Source: Candidatus Magasanikbacteria bacterium UBA922 (GTDB lineage: Bacteria > Patescibacteriota > Patescibacteriia > Magasanikbacterales > UBA922). Taken from it: DNA of 64,000 nt. The stretch lies in assembly GCA_002293825.1 (NCBI GenBank), contig DBDW01000002.1:18059-82058 (forward strand). The letters run 5' to 3'. The position numbers were made by a program, and so were the translations under genes. Position 1 is the first letter of the stretch; every line of letters starts with the position of its first letter. The notes beneath the pieces are model-generated. The model was not told the DNA's origin and ran no database searches. It worked only from the letters and a program-made list of their open reading frames with translations. This document shows positions 8,786 through 18,475 of this stretch, one piece after another.

Positions 8786-11623
8786 TTATGCATTTTTACC
8801 ATGACACTTCTTATACTTGAGTCCTGATCCACATGGACACACATCATTCCGTCCGATTTTTCCTTCCACCGCTTTTCCTGCGCCAGAAGGTTTTGCTGCA
8901 GCCTCTGATTCACTCGTCTTCTTGGCACCTTCAAGTGTCATTGTGTCATCAGCCATGACGCTCGGCGCAAGCTGAATTCCTGTATGAATTTTGAAAATTG
9001 TATTTGCCACCTCACGCTGAATTCCTGACAACAATCGATTGAAGAGATGAAAACTCTCTTGTTTATATTGTACCAAAGGATCTCGCTGTCCATAGCCCTG
9101 AAGTCCAATTCCTGCACGCAAATGATCAATGGTAATCAGATAATCGACCCACATCATATCAATCGTGCGAAGCAATACACTACGTTCAAGCTCAACCATC
9201 ATCTGTGCACGAACACGTGGATCTGACTGTACATTTTCAAGAGATTGAGCAAAAACTGTATACGCAGATTGAGCTTCTGCAATCAATTTTTTCACCACCT
9301 CATCACGTACTTCTATTGGATTTCTATTTTCCTGTGCCGCAGTTGACACAATCGACTCAACCTCAGCTACATGAGTAGCCGAAAGCGGCATCATCGCATT
9401 CATACTCTCCACAATTTCTTTAGTATTCCACTGTGTCTCATCTTCGGTACTCGTATGCATAGATACGATAGTTTCGATCTCCTGCTCAACCATTTCAAGA
9501 ATAATTTCACGAAGAGTACGGGGACGAGTTTCTTCTTCAGAAACTACAGATTCTGTATTTACCGCCATATCGATTTCTCGTTTCGCAGCATCGAGAATTT
9601 CACGTCGTTTCTTATAAATCACGTCACGTTGCTTGTTCAATACATCATCGTATGAAAGCAAATGTTTACGAGTATCAAAATGATGTGATTCAACTTTTTT
9701 CTGAGCACTTTCGAGAATCCGCGTAATCATCTTCTGCTCAATCGGCATGTCATCCGGAATATTGAATCGAGTCATCACCGCTTTCAAACGATCACCTGAA
9801 AAAATACGCATAAGATCATCCTCGGTCGATACAAAAAATTGTGTTTCACCCGGATCACCCTGACGCGCGCTTCGTCCACGAAGCTGATTGTCGATACGTC
9901 GTGACTCATGTCGTTCGGTTCCCAGAACAAATAACCCTCCTGCAGCAACTACTTTTTCTACATCTTCTTTTACAGAAGGAACTCCACCCAATTTGATATC
10001 GACACCACGACCTGCCATGTTCGTTGCTAAAGTTACCGCACCTGGACGTCCTGCCTGTGCAATAATCTGTCCTTCACGTTCATGATTTTTAGCATTCAAA
10101 ATCTCATGTTCAATTCCCTGACTAAACAAATATGCACTCAATTCTTCATTTTTTTCAACAGAAATAGTACCGATAAGTACAGGCTGCCCCTTTGCACGTG
10201 CTTCTCGCACCTTCTCAACAATCGCTCTATATTTTCCACTGGTATTTTTATAAATACGATCAGGGTGATCAGTTCGACGATCACCTTTATTCGTCGGAAT
10301 AGTACTTACTTCTAATCCATAAATCTTGAAAAATTCTTCTTCTTCAGTCTTTGCAGTACCAGTCATGCCACTCAATTTGTCATACATGCGAAACAAATTC
10401 TGGAATGTAATCGTCGCCAACGTTCGTGATTCTTTCTGAATAGGCACCTTTTCTTTTGCCTCAATTGCTTGATGCAATCCTTCGGAATAGCGACGTCCGG
10501 GCATTTTTCGACCAGTAAATTCATCAATAATAATGATTTCACCTGTATCAACAATATAGTCTTTATCACGTTTGAACAAAAATTCAGCTTTCAATGCCTG
10601 CTCGATATGATGTACAGTTCTAATTCCACCCTCGACATAAATATTGTCAACATTGAGCCATTGTTCAAACTTTGCAATTCCTGAATCAGTAAGCGTTGCA
10701 CTGCGCAATTTTTCATCAATATTGTAATCCTCATTCTGAACAAGCATTTTCACCAAATCAGCAAAACGATAATACTGATCGGTAGCTTCCTCAGCTTGTG
10801 CAGAAATGATAAGTGGCGTACGTGCCTCGTCGATCAAAATAGAATCAATTTCATCAACAATTGCATAATGCATTTCGCTTCCCGGTCGCATCACCATATC
10901 TTCAATTCGCTGCACCATGTTGTCACGAAGATAATCAAAACCAAATTCATTATTGGTTCCATAGGTAATATCGCATCGATATGCCTCTTGTCGTGATGCT
11001 GGTCGCAAATATTCATTTTCCACTTCAAAACTACCTTTTTCATCACGCTCTACATCAGCCTCAGATCCTTCTACCAATTCTACACGTGCCGCATGCTCTA
11101 CAGTACCATCTTCAGACTTTTTGTGCGCATCATAGACAAACGTAACTCGCTGATTTTGCACAATACCCGTCGTCATTCCAAGAAAATCATAAATCTGTCC
11201 CATCCATACCGCATCTCGTTTTGCAAGATAATCATTTACAGTAACCACATGCACACCCTTCCCTGCAAGTGCATTCAGGTATACAGCAAGAGTCGCTGTA
11301 AGCGTCTTACCTTCTCCAGTACGCATTTCCGCAATCCGCCCTCGATGAAGTGTGATACCTCCAATCAATTGAACATCATAATGACGCATCCCGAGTGTGC
11401 GTTTTGCCGCTTCACGCACCACCGCAAACGCTTCAGGCAATATATCATCCAAAGTTTCTCCTTTTTCAAGACGAGCTTTGAATTCGTCTGTTTTTGCGCG
11501 CACCTGTTCATTCGTTAATTTTTCATACTCGTGCTCAAGCGCATTAATACGGTCTACCAATGGCTGAAGACTCTTAATTACCTTTTTATTCTGGTCTGGA
11601 AATAGTTTCTGTAAAAAAGACAT
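8786..11623 (-). CDS. secA: Preprotein translocase ATPase SecA
   Basis: EMRTGEGKT, YGTNNEFGFDYLRDNM, DEIDSILIDEARTPLIIS, ATNMAGRGVDI, C-terminal SEC-C CPCGSGLKYKKCH. Confidence 0.99.
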   Translation of the reverse strand: MSFLQKLFPDQNKKVIKSLQPLVDRINALEHEYEKLTNEQVRAKTDEFKARLEKGETLDDILPEAFAVVREAAKRTLGMRHYDVQLIGGITLHRGRIAEMRTGEGKTLTATLAVYLNALAGKGVHVVTVNDYLAKRDAVWMGQIYDFLGMTTGIVQNQRVTFVYDAHKKSEDGTVEHAARVELVEGSEADVERDEKGSFEVENEYLRPASRQEAYRCDITYGTNNEFGFDYLRDNMVQRIEDMVMRPGSEMHYAIVDEIDSILIDEARTPLIISAQAEEATDQYYRFADLVKMLVQNEDYNIDEKLRSATLTDSGIAKFEQWLNVDNIYVEGGIRTVHHIEQALKAEFLFKRDKDYIVDTGEIIIIDEFTGRKMPGRRYSEGLHQAIEAKEKVPIQKESRTLATITFQNLFRMYDKLSGMTGTAKTEEEEFFKIYGLEVSTIPTNKGDRRTDHPDRIYKNTSGKYRAIVEKVREARAKGQPVLIGTISVEKNEELSAYLFSQGIEHEILNAKNHEREGQIIAQAGRPGAVTLATNMAGRGVDIKLGGVPSVKEDVEKVVAAGGLFVLGTERHESRRIDNQLRGRSARQGDPGETQFFVSTEDDLMRIFSGDRLKAVMTRFNIPDDMPIEQKMITRILESAQKKVESHHFDTRKHLLSYDDVLNKQRDVIYKKRREILDAAKREIDMAVNTESVVSEEETRPRTLREIILEMVEQEIETIVSMHTSTEDETQWNTKEIVESMNAMMPLSATHVAEVESIVSTAAQENRNPIEVRDEVVKKLIAEAQSAYTVFAQSLENVQSDPRVRAQMMVELERSVLLRTIDMMWVDYLITIDHLRAGIGLQGYGQRDPLVQYKQESFHLFNRLLSGIQREVANTIFKIHTGIQLAPSVMADDTMTLEGAKKTSESEAAAKPSGAGKAVEGKIGRNDVCPCGSGLKYKKCHGKNA

Positions 11624-11739
11624 ACGGATATACAAAGCTCAAAACATCTCAATAAATAAAAGACTAGCCCTTTGAATCAGGCTAGTCTAGCATAGCACGA
11701 ACTATGGCAATTGTCTACCCTCTGAAATGACAAAAAACC

Positions 11740-12042
11740 TTATGTCCTCAGATATTCTTGCACCACAGCAAGAACGTGTGATAATTCGGATCCTCCGAGA
11801 TTATGTGCGAGAAGTCTTTGTCGAATATGTGTAATTTCTTCATGCACGGCTACTGCCGTCATTCCACCCTTCTTCGACATTTGTTCATACTTAATTTTTT
11901 CAAACACTGCTCGAAAATTAAGTGCAGCGCGACGAATCTCTACCGGGTAATGTACATCTCCAGCAGCCTTGAGAAGATATTTCAATACAGAGTCCTTGCT
12001 TTTCAGTGATTCACGAAAATGGTCAAACTCGAACTCTGACAT
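11740..12042 (-). CDS. Hypothetical protein
   Basis: 100-aa ORF starting 5 nt after the hpf stop, same strand. Confidence 0.6.
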   Translation of the reverse strand: MSEFEFDHFRESLKSKDSVLKYLLKAAGDVHYPVEIRRAALNFRAVFEKIKYEQMSKKGGMTAVAVHEEITHIRQRLLAHNLGGSELSHVLAVVQEYLRT

Positions 12043-12047
12043 ACCGA

Positions 12048-12395
12048 TTATTCTTGATAGCCTTTAATTTCACGTAATACTTTTCGATCTTTTGCTCGTT
12101 TTTTTTCTTTAGCTTCTTCTAATTCTACTTTCAAATGATCTCGAACTTTATCAATTGATTTATACAAATCTTCAGTTTCTTTTCGTACACGAATCAATTC
12201 ACCTTGAGGTATTCTCACATTGACTTCTGCATAAAAAATTTTACCCTTGTGATGGTGTGTGGTAGTGAGTCCTACATCAATTGAAATACTCGTGATTCGA
12301 TCAAAATATTTTTCAAGACTACTCATTTTCTGCTCAGCATAGTCTCGGATCATATCTGTAAGCTCGATACCGCTTGCGTGGATTGAAATATTCAT
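12048..12395 (-). CDS. hpf: Ribosome hibernation factor (HPF/RaiA)
   Basis: MNISIHASGIELTDMIRDYAEQK...EDLYKSIDKV pattern. Confidence 0.92.
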   Translation of the reverse strand: MNISIHASGIELTDMIRDYAEQKMSSLEKYFDRITSISIDVGLTTTHHHKGKIFYAEVNVRIPQGELIRVRKETEDLYKSIDKVRDHLKVELEEAKEKKRAKDRKVLREIKGYQE

Positions 12396-12419
12396 ACGAC
12401 AAAAAATTAAGACTAAAGC

Positions 12420-13379
12420 TTAAAACGTATAAATTTCTTCTTCAAGTTCGATTCCAAATTTCTCGTACACCACGGTCTTTATCTGAGCAATCAATTGACG
12501 CACATCATCTGCAGTAGCATTCCCTGTATTCACAATAAAATTACCATGCTGATCAGATATCAATGCTCCACCCACTTGAAGTCCCTTGAGTCCCGCCTGC
12601 TCGATGAGCCATCCTGCAGAAATTTTTCCAATACTCAAAAATTTTTGTACTTTCTCGCTATATTTATCAAAATGTTCAATGAGCTGCTCTCGGTATCTCC
12701 CCGTATCAGGATTCTGAAAAATACATCCCGTAGAAGCGTGTCCTTGTGGCTGTGTAGAATTACGATACATAAGATATTCAAGTGCATGTTTCAACAATTC
12801 CGTATCTTCAGTAGGCTCAAGCTTTAATACTACACGCAATACCACACCTCCAGAAACCTTGAACGCACTTGTGCGATACCCAAATTCACATTCACCAAGA
12901 CTAAGTTCTCGCACCTCTCCATTCTGATATACGAAGACCCGTTCGACTGAATCGCTCATATCAAACCCCATTGCCCCAGCATTACCACGCACAGCACCAC
13001 CGATAGTTCCAGGTACTCCCACTCCCCACTCAAATCCAGTCAACTGCTCTTTCATCGAAAAACGTGCAACTGAAACCGTGAGTGCACCCGCATCTGCAAA
13101 AATCAATGAGCCTTCGCGTCGAATTTCCTGATACGCGGGGTGCAATACCACTCCTTCAAATCCCTGATCACTCGCGAGCATATTTGACCCGCCACCAAGG
13201 ATCATATACGGAATACCTACCCCATCCAAATACCGCATCAACGCAACATGACCATCGAGCGTTTCCACCGACACAAAATACTGAGCAGGCCCACCTATCT
13301 TAAATGAGGTATGTTTCGAAAGCTGTTCATTCAGCTTGACCGCTCCATATTGTTTCAATTGTTCAATCAATTGGTTCAT
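12420..13379 (-). CDS. murB: UDP-N-acetylenolpyruvoylglucosamine reductase
   Basis: HTSFKIGGPA, GGGSN, GVPGTIGGAVRGNAGA, HGNFIVN, LEEEI. Confidence 0.97.
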   Translation of the reverse strand: MNQLIEQLKQYGAVKLNEQLSKHTSFKIGGPAQYFVSVETLDGHVALMRYLDGVGIPYMILGGGSNMLASDQGFEGVVLHPAYQEIRREGSLIFADAGALTVSVARFSMKEQLTGFEWGVGVPGTIGGAVRGNAGAMGFDMSDSVERVFVYQNGEVRELSLGECEFGYRTSAFKVSGGVVLRVVLKLEPTEDTELLKHALEYLMYRNSTQPQGHASTGCIFQNPDTGRYREQLIEHFDKYSEKVQKFLSIGKISAGWLIEQAGLKGLQVGGALISDQHGNFIVNTGNATADDVRQLIAQIKTVVYEKFGIELEEEIYTF

Positions 13380-13457
13380 AGATTGCAATTATACACAGAA
13401 ACAGCTATATTATCAGGAGTCAATATCTCTCGTATCAATTCGTATAACACAGTTTTT

Positions 13458-14684
13458 ATGCTCTCCCAGATTATCTACATTACCCGCGATATCGAACGAG
13501 CGCTTGGATGTCTCACTACGCCCTCTGTGTCCATTATCTCAAATGATTCAGACTTTGCCAAGTCAATCAAAGAACGCTATCCTAAGCAAATTTTTCTTAT
13601 TGAAGACAACAAAACATTAGACACATACGAACTTCTGGAACACCCAAAAACAACAGAAGTGCTTTCACACCTTACAAATCCTCAGATACTCGTATTCAAA
13701 AATACATCTCGAATCGAAAAATGGTGCGCCACAAATAACTACCCTCTTCTCAACCCTCCAGCAAAACTAGCAGCCTCACTCGAAGAAAAGCTCACTCAAC
13801 TTGAAACACTCGACGATCTCATCGAACTCATGCCTCGATACAAAAAAAAGACTATTGAGGATCTACATTGGTTTAGAGAACCATACATTATCCAATTCAA
13901 CCATTCACATACTGGTTCAGGAACAGTGCTGATTGATTCAGAAGAAAAACTGGATGAATTAAAAAAAGTATTCGCAAAACGCGAATGCCGTATTGCTCCG
14001 TTCATCAGCGGTCCTATTTTTACCAGCAACATTGTCGTTGGAATAGATGCTATATTGACCGGAAATATGAGTTACCAGATAACCGGCTTACAACCATTCA
14101 CCGACGAAACATTTGCTACTATCGGAAACGATTGGGGAGCTCCCTATAGTATACTAAACGATTCAGAACGAGCAGAATACGAACTCATTAGTCGTGAGAT
14201 TGCAAAAAAACTACAAAGTCTCAGATGGAAAGGATTATTTGGAATAGATGCCATTTGGAGTACCCAAGAAAAACGATGGTACGTCATAGAGATCAACGCA
14301 CGCCAGCCAGCAAGCGCTTCATACGAAAGCATGCTTCAAAAAAATACAAATTCCCAACCCTCAAATCTCACCATACTCGAAGCACATCTAAAAGCACTTC
14401 AAGGAGAATCTCTAAAAGAATATTCTCTCACTAAAATTACAGACGGTGCTCAAATTATTCATCGAGTTACAAAAAAAATCACATCACCTGAGCAAGCAGC
14501 ACACATGCTACAAAAACTTGATGAGCTTCGTTTTGAGACATGGAATACAAAAAAACTCACCATAATCCCATACGAAAACACAAGTCATAATAGCGATTTA
14601 CTTAGAATCCAATCAGAAAAAAGTATCATACACGGTGATGAATTTACTGAAGTTGGAGAAAAAATTTTGAAGATTATTCAATGA
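13458..14684 (+). CDS. ATP-grasp domain ligase, substrate unknown
   Basis: LEEKLTQ, HTGSGT loop, APFISG, GLFGIDAI, YVIEINARQPAS (ExN metal-binding motif); start moved to ATG 13458 to avoid overlapping murB. Confidence 0.8.
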   Translation: MLSQIIYITRDIERALGCLTTPSVSIISNDSDFAKSIKERYPKQIFLIEDNKTLDTYELLEHPKTTEVLSHLTNPQILVFKNTSRIEKWCATNNYPLLNPPAKLAASLEEKLTQLETLDDLIELMPRYKKKTIEDLHWFREPYIIQFNHSHTGSGTVLIDSEEKLDELKKVFAKRECRIAPFISGPIFTSNIVVGIDAILTGNMSYQITGLQPFTDETFATIGNDWGAPYSILNDSERAEYELISREIAKKLQSLRWKGLFGIDAIWSTQEKRWYVIEINARQPASASYESMLQKNTNSQPSNLTILEAHLKALQGESLKEYSLTKITDGAQIIHRVTKKITSPEQAAHMLQKLDELRFETWNTKKLTIIPYENTSHNSDLLRIQSEKSIIHGDEFTEVGEKILKIIQ

Positions 14685-14738
14685 GTTTTACCATATCTAT
14701 ATTCTCATTTTTATGAGAATAGTGACAGAAAAAGAAGT

Positions 14739-15506
14739 ATGCCCACAAAACACCTTTCAGACAATGCACTCGCTGTGCTCGACTCCTATGAACATTTAAA
14801 AATCGGTGAGAAAAAAATAAACACCCCTTATTTCAACAATCGCACCAGCAATCTTCGAGGTGCACTACGCGTACTCATAGGCAAAGGGACTGCTCAAGAA
14901 ATTATAGACGAAACACGTATTATCGCATTACGTGACAAACTCGAACTAGAAAACTTCGACGAAATAGAACTTGTAAAATTTCTCACTGATCATAAATTGG
15001 GCATTGATTGCTCGGGATTCGTATATTATATATTAGATGCAGAATTAAAAACACAAGGTAAAAGACTAAAACACATTCTTTCATTTACCTCAAAAAAAAT
15101 TTTGAGAAGATTGATCGCACGAATACGAAACGTAGAAAACACAAGCGTCCTCACCTTGCATGAGAACTCAATAGAACTTCCGCTAGAACAATGTGCACCT
15201 GGTGATATGATCATCTCACTCAGAGGTGGTCCACAACACGACTACAGTCACGTCATCCTCATAACCTCAGTCACCACAGACGAGAGTGGAAAACCCCTTT
15301 CATTGGAATACGCACATTCGTACCACTGGAAATCAGAAGGATTATATACCAAGGGAATTAGAAAAGGAGTCATTACAATAATAGACACCGCTCAAACAAT
15401 TCTAGAACAGACATGGGTCGAGGATGGAAAAACCGGAGAGCAAAATGAGACATGGCAACATCTCAGAGAAAGTCAGCATTGTTGCGTGTGTCGAATAAAA
15501 ACATAG
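14739..15506 (+). CDS. NlpC/P60-like cysteine amidase/peptidase, no signal peptide
   Basis: GIDCSGFVYYIL (catalytic Cys), PGDMII, HVILI, YAHS. Confidence 0.65.
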   Translation: MPTKHLSDNALAVLDSYEHLKIGEKKINTPYFNNRTSNLRGALRVLIGKGTAQEIIDETRIIALRDKLELENFDEIELVKFLTDHKLGIDCSGFVYYILDAELKTQGKRLKHILSFTSKKILRRLIARIRNVENTSVLTLHENSIELPLEQCAPGDMIISLRGGPQHDYSHVILITSVTTDESGKPLSLEYAHSYHWKSEGLYTKGIRKGVITIIDTAQTILEQTWVEDGKTGEQNETWQHLRESQHCCVCRIKT

Positions 15507-15521
15507 ATACTTAAATACAAT

Positions 15522-15950
15522 ATGCGAGAATCAAGACAAAGTCCTGTATGGGGCGGAGCTGCAGAAGAATGGATGCTGAAAAAAGAAAAGCACAAACAAG
15601 AAATTATCGCAGCGATCACAGATATACCGATATTATTTGATACCGACAACTTTCAAGATTTGATTGACCACCTAAACCTACTACAAGCAGGAGAAGTTGG
15701 AGATCTTCACATTGGCGAAAAAAACTATTCAATCCACACCATCAAAGAATTAATCAGTCTAACAATAGAAGATTTTTCAAAAGAAGGTAGAAGAGAAAAA
15801 GTGAATACGGGGGTAATACCAGATGAAAAAATAATACGATATTTAAAGGAACGAGGAATAACCGGAGGTAAAATACATGAGGAAAGTATCCAAGGATTCA
15901 GAGAATGTATACTCAAATGTATAAAAAATATGTGCAAAGACGAAACTTGA
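15522..15950 (+). CDS. Hypothetical protein
   Basis: 142-aa ORF co-oriented with its neighbours. Confidence 0.6.
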   Translation: MRESRQSPVWGGAAEEWMLKKEKHKQEIIAAITDIPILFDTDNFQDLIDHLNLLQAGEVGDLHIGEKNYSIHTIKELISLTIEDFSKEGRREKVNTGVIPDEKIIRYLKERGITGGKIHEESIQGFRECILKCIKNMCKDET

Positions 15951-15975
15951 ACTTTCTCTTATTTTAAGATAGACT

Positions 15976-16004
15976 AGAATGGCTTAATATAGCCATTCTT
16001 TTTT
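15976..16004 (+). terminator. Intrinsic terminator
   Basis: AGAATGGCT-TAATAT-AGCCATTCT followed by a T run. Confidence 0.65.
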
Positions 16005-16050
16005 ATTGAATCAAATTCGCATCTAGGCACCCTATACAGCTCACTATTAT

Positions 16051-17181
16051 ATGATCGTTGATCACACTTCTCTCGACCTCCTCCGCTCCATGATCGGTTA
16101 CGGAATTCTCGCATGTATCATTGCATTTCTCTGGGCACCACTCCTCACAAAAATTCTCTACAAATACAATCTCACCCGCCGACCCGAATATGATGCCACA
16201 CTTGCGATGGGAGCACGCAAAAGCAAAATCGGGGTTCCTGTTATGGGCGGACTACTTGTCATCGTCACGGTTGCAGTTTTAACAATTATATTTAATTGGG
16301 AGCGAAAATATACCTGGGTACCCATTGGCGTCATGTTGCTCTCTGCGTTACTCGGGGGTATTGATGATGTCATGAATATCTACGGACATCAGCGCCGTAG
16401 TAGAAAACTCGCACAAGTACTCCGACTGATCCGTGTACACAAAGAATGGAAGATGCGCTTGTGGTACACACTCACACTTCCCTGGTCGATCTTCAAACGC
16501 ACATCAGCATGGCTCTCAAAACACCCTGGTCGTGGAGTACATGTACATGAGAAATTATTATTACAGTTTATTGCCGGGGCCATCACTGCATGGTGGGTAT
16601 ATTTCAAACTCGGTGAAACATGGCAATCGATCCATATTCCCTTTGACGGATTTGTACATATCGGCTGGCTCATTATTCCACTCATTATATTCTTCGTCAT
16701 GTTTACTGCAAATGCAGTAAATGTTGCAGACGGTATGGACGGACTTGCAGGCGGCTCCCTTCTCATTACGTTTGCCAATCTTGCAATCCTAAGCTGGCTC
16801 GAAGGATACCAAGAAATTGCAATACTAAATACCATGGTTTCAGGTGCGCTTATTGCATACACATATTTCAATATCAAACCTGCACGATTCCAAATGGGAG
16901 ACGTAGGTTCGCTCGGACTAGGTGCACTCCTGGCAATCAACACGATCGTGATCAATCACATGCTCCTCCTCCCTCTCTTTGGTTTTATCTTCTTTGTCGA
17001 GCTCTTGAGTGTCGTGATCCAGATTATCGGTCGCTACACTCTCGGACGCCGTATCTTCTCCATGGCACCTATCCACCATCATTTTGAACTTCGCGGATGG
17101 AGTGAGGAAAAAACCGTGATGCGATTCTGGATCATGCATGCGGGAGCAGTATTACTCGGTCTCTGGATTGCATTGTACTAG
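16051..17181 (+). CDS. mraY: Phospho-N-acetylmuramoyl-pentapeptide transferase, divergent and with an insertion
   Basis: PVMGG, GIDD, NAVNVADGMDGLAGG, MGDVGS, MAPIHHHFELRGWSE. Confidence 0.88.
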   Translation: MIVDHTSLDLLRSMIGYGILACIIAFLWAPLLTKILYKYNLTRRPEYDATLAMGARKSKIGVPVMGGLLVIVTVAVLTIIFNWERKYTWVPIGVMLLSALLGGIDDVMNIYGHQRRSRKLAQVLRLIRVHKEWKMRLWYTLTLPWSIFKRTSAWLSKHPGRGVHVHEKLLLQFIAGAITAWWVYFKLGETWQSIHIPFDGFVHIGWLIIPLIIFFVMFTANAVNVADGMDGLAGGSLLITFANLAILSWLEGYQEIAILNTMVSGALIAYTYFNIKPARFQMGDVGSLGLGALLAINTIVINHMLLLPLFGFIFFVELLSVVIQIIGRYTLGRRIFSMAPIHHHFELRGWSEEKTVMRFWIMHAGAVLLGLWIALY

Positions 17182-17215
17182 CACAGAGCGAGACCAACAG
17201 AAAACACAAATGCGT

Positions 17216-17878
17216 ATGCCAAACTACCTTGCCTGGAAAAAACAAACTATCACCGACTTTTCTCCGGAAAATATCAGCGACATGTATGCTGATGGTTTTG
17301 TTTTTACACGTGAAAAAAAAGGTTCCATGGATCAGACACGAAGTGTACGAATCGATCTTTCAAAATTCAAACTTTCAAGTGAAAATCGTCGTATTCTCAA
17401 AAAAAATGATGAAATACACATAGAGACTATTCCTCTTCCCCATTCTGACTATCATTGGTCAATCGGTAAAATGGCAAAAGATTTTTACACCACCAAATTT
17501 GGTGATGGTACTTTTAGTGCAAACAAAACAAAAGAATTACTTACCAGTGCAGATGAAAGTAATTTCAACATGCTATTGAAATATTCGCACGATGAAGATG
17601 TGCTCGGCTACGCAATTTGTTATACGAATAATGAAATATTTCACTACTCATATCCATTTTATGAACTTACCAATGTTGCCGAGTTTACTAATATTGGAAT
17701 TGGTATGATGACCAAAGCAGTTCAGTGGGCGCAAGATACTGGTAAAAAATATATCTACCTCGGCTCAGCACAGCGCCCAACCGATACGTATAAATTTCAA
17801 TTTGAAGGAATTGAATGGTTTGATGGAGGAAAATGGACGGAGGATGTAGAAAAATTAAGAGATGCACTATCTAGTTAG
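17216..17878 (+). CDS. ATE/Bpt-like (arginyl/leucyl-tRNA-protein transferase-like) GNAT-fold protein
   Basis: RSVRIDLSKFKLSSENRRILKK, HYSYPFYE, IGIGMMTKAVQWAQDTGKKYIYLGS, YKFQF match the ATE C-terminal pattern. Confidence 0.7.
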   Translation: MPNYLAWKKQTITDFSPENISDMYADGFVFTREKKGSMDQTRSVRIDLSKFKLSSENRRILKKNDEIHIETIPLPHSDYHWSIGKMAKDFYTTKFGDGTFSANKTKELLTSADESNFNMLLKYSHDEDVLGYAICYTNNEIFHYSYPFYELTNVAEFTNIGIGMMTKAVQWAQDTGKKYIYLGSAQRPTDTYKFQFEGIEWFDGGKWTEDVEKLRDALSS

Positions 17879-17910
17879 TGATTGCTAAATTAATTTATAA
17901 AAAATTGAAT

Positions 17911-18420
17911 ATGCCAAGAAAATACGAAGGGGGTCCACAATATCCAGATAACGAGACAAAAAATTCTAAAAATGAAAAAAAAGTTAGTGTTGTCATTGAC
18001 AAAAACTACCTTGGACTAGAAGTGAATCACTTTGATCTACAATCACTTAACCCAAAAGTGGACATGTTGGGTAACGATAAATTTACAGAAGTTTTATTTG
18101 AAACTCAATCTGGCAACATGTATTTAATCTATCGCCTCCCAGACCATACGTTCGCAATCGCAGACGCAAAAAGCAACACAGGTAAAGGACTCAAACAAAT
18201 AAAAGGTAGTTTATTGTCTGACTCAGAAATAGCGAATGGCGTATTAGAAGTTGGAAAGAATTTTCATTTTGGTAAAGGTTGGCAGACTTCTCCTATATCT
18301 AAAATTACTTGTATCAATGGTAATAAAATATACGATGAAACACGAATACACGAACTCACAGGTGGAAAAAATTCCGACGCAAGGGATAAATTTAAAAATC
18401 GGATAAAACCTAAAAAATAA
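17911..18420 (+). CDS. Hypothetical protein
   Basis: AT-rich ORF, start placed at ATG 17911; no recognised motif. Confidence 0.6.
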   Translation: MPRKYEGGPQYPDNETKNSKNEKKVSVVIDKNYLGLEVNHFDLQSLNPKVDMLGNDKFTEVLFETQSGNMYLIYRLPDHTFAIADAKSNTGKGLKQIKGSLLSDSEIANGVLEVGKNFHFGKGWQTSPISKITCINGNKIYDETRIHELTGGKNSDARDKFKNRIKPKK

Positions 18421-18475
18421 AAAGGGGTAATTTTGTGTATTTTAATCCAGACTTTAGAGACTTTCGACTAATTAT

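Noticed and set aside
11020-11140. Acidic insertion in SecA NBD1 as an intein or mobile insert
   Set aside because: Short, in frame and without intein terminal motifs; more likely a variable loop
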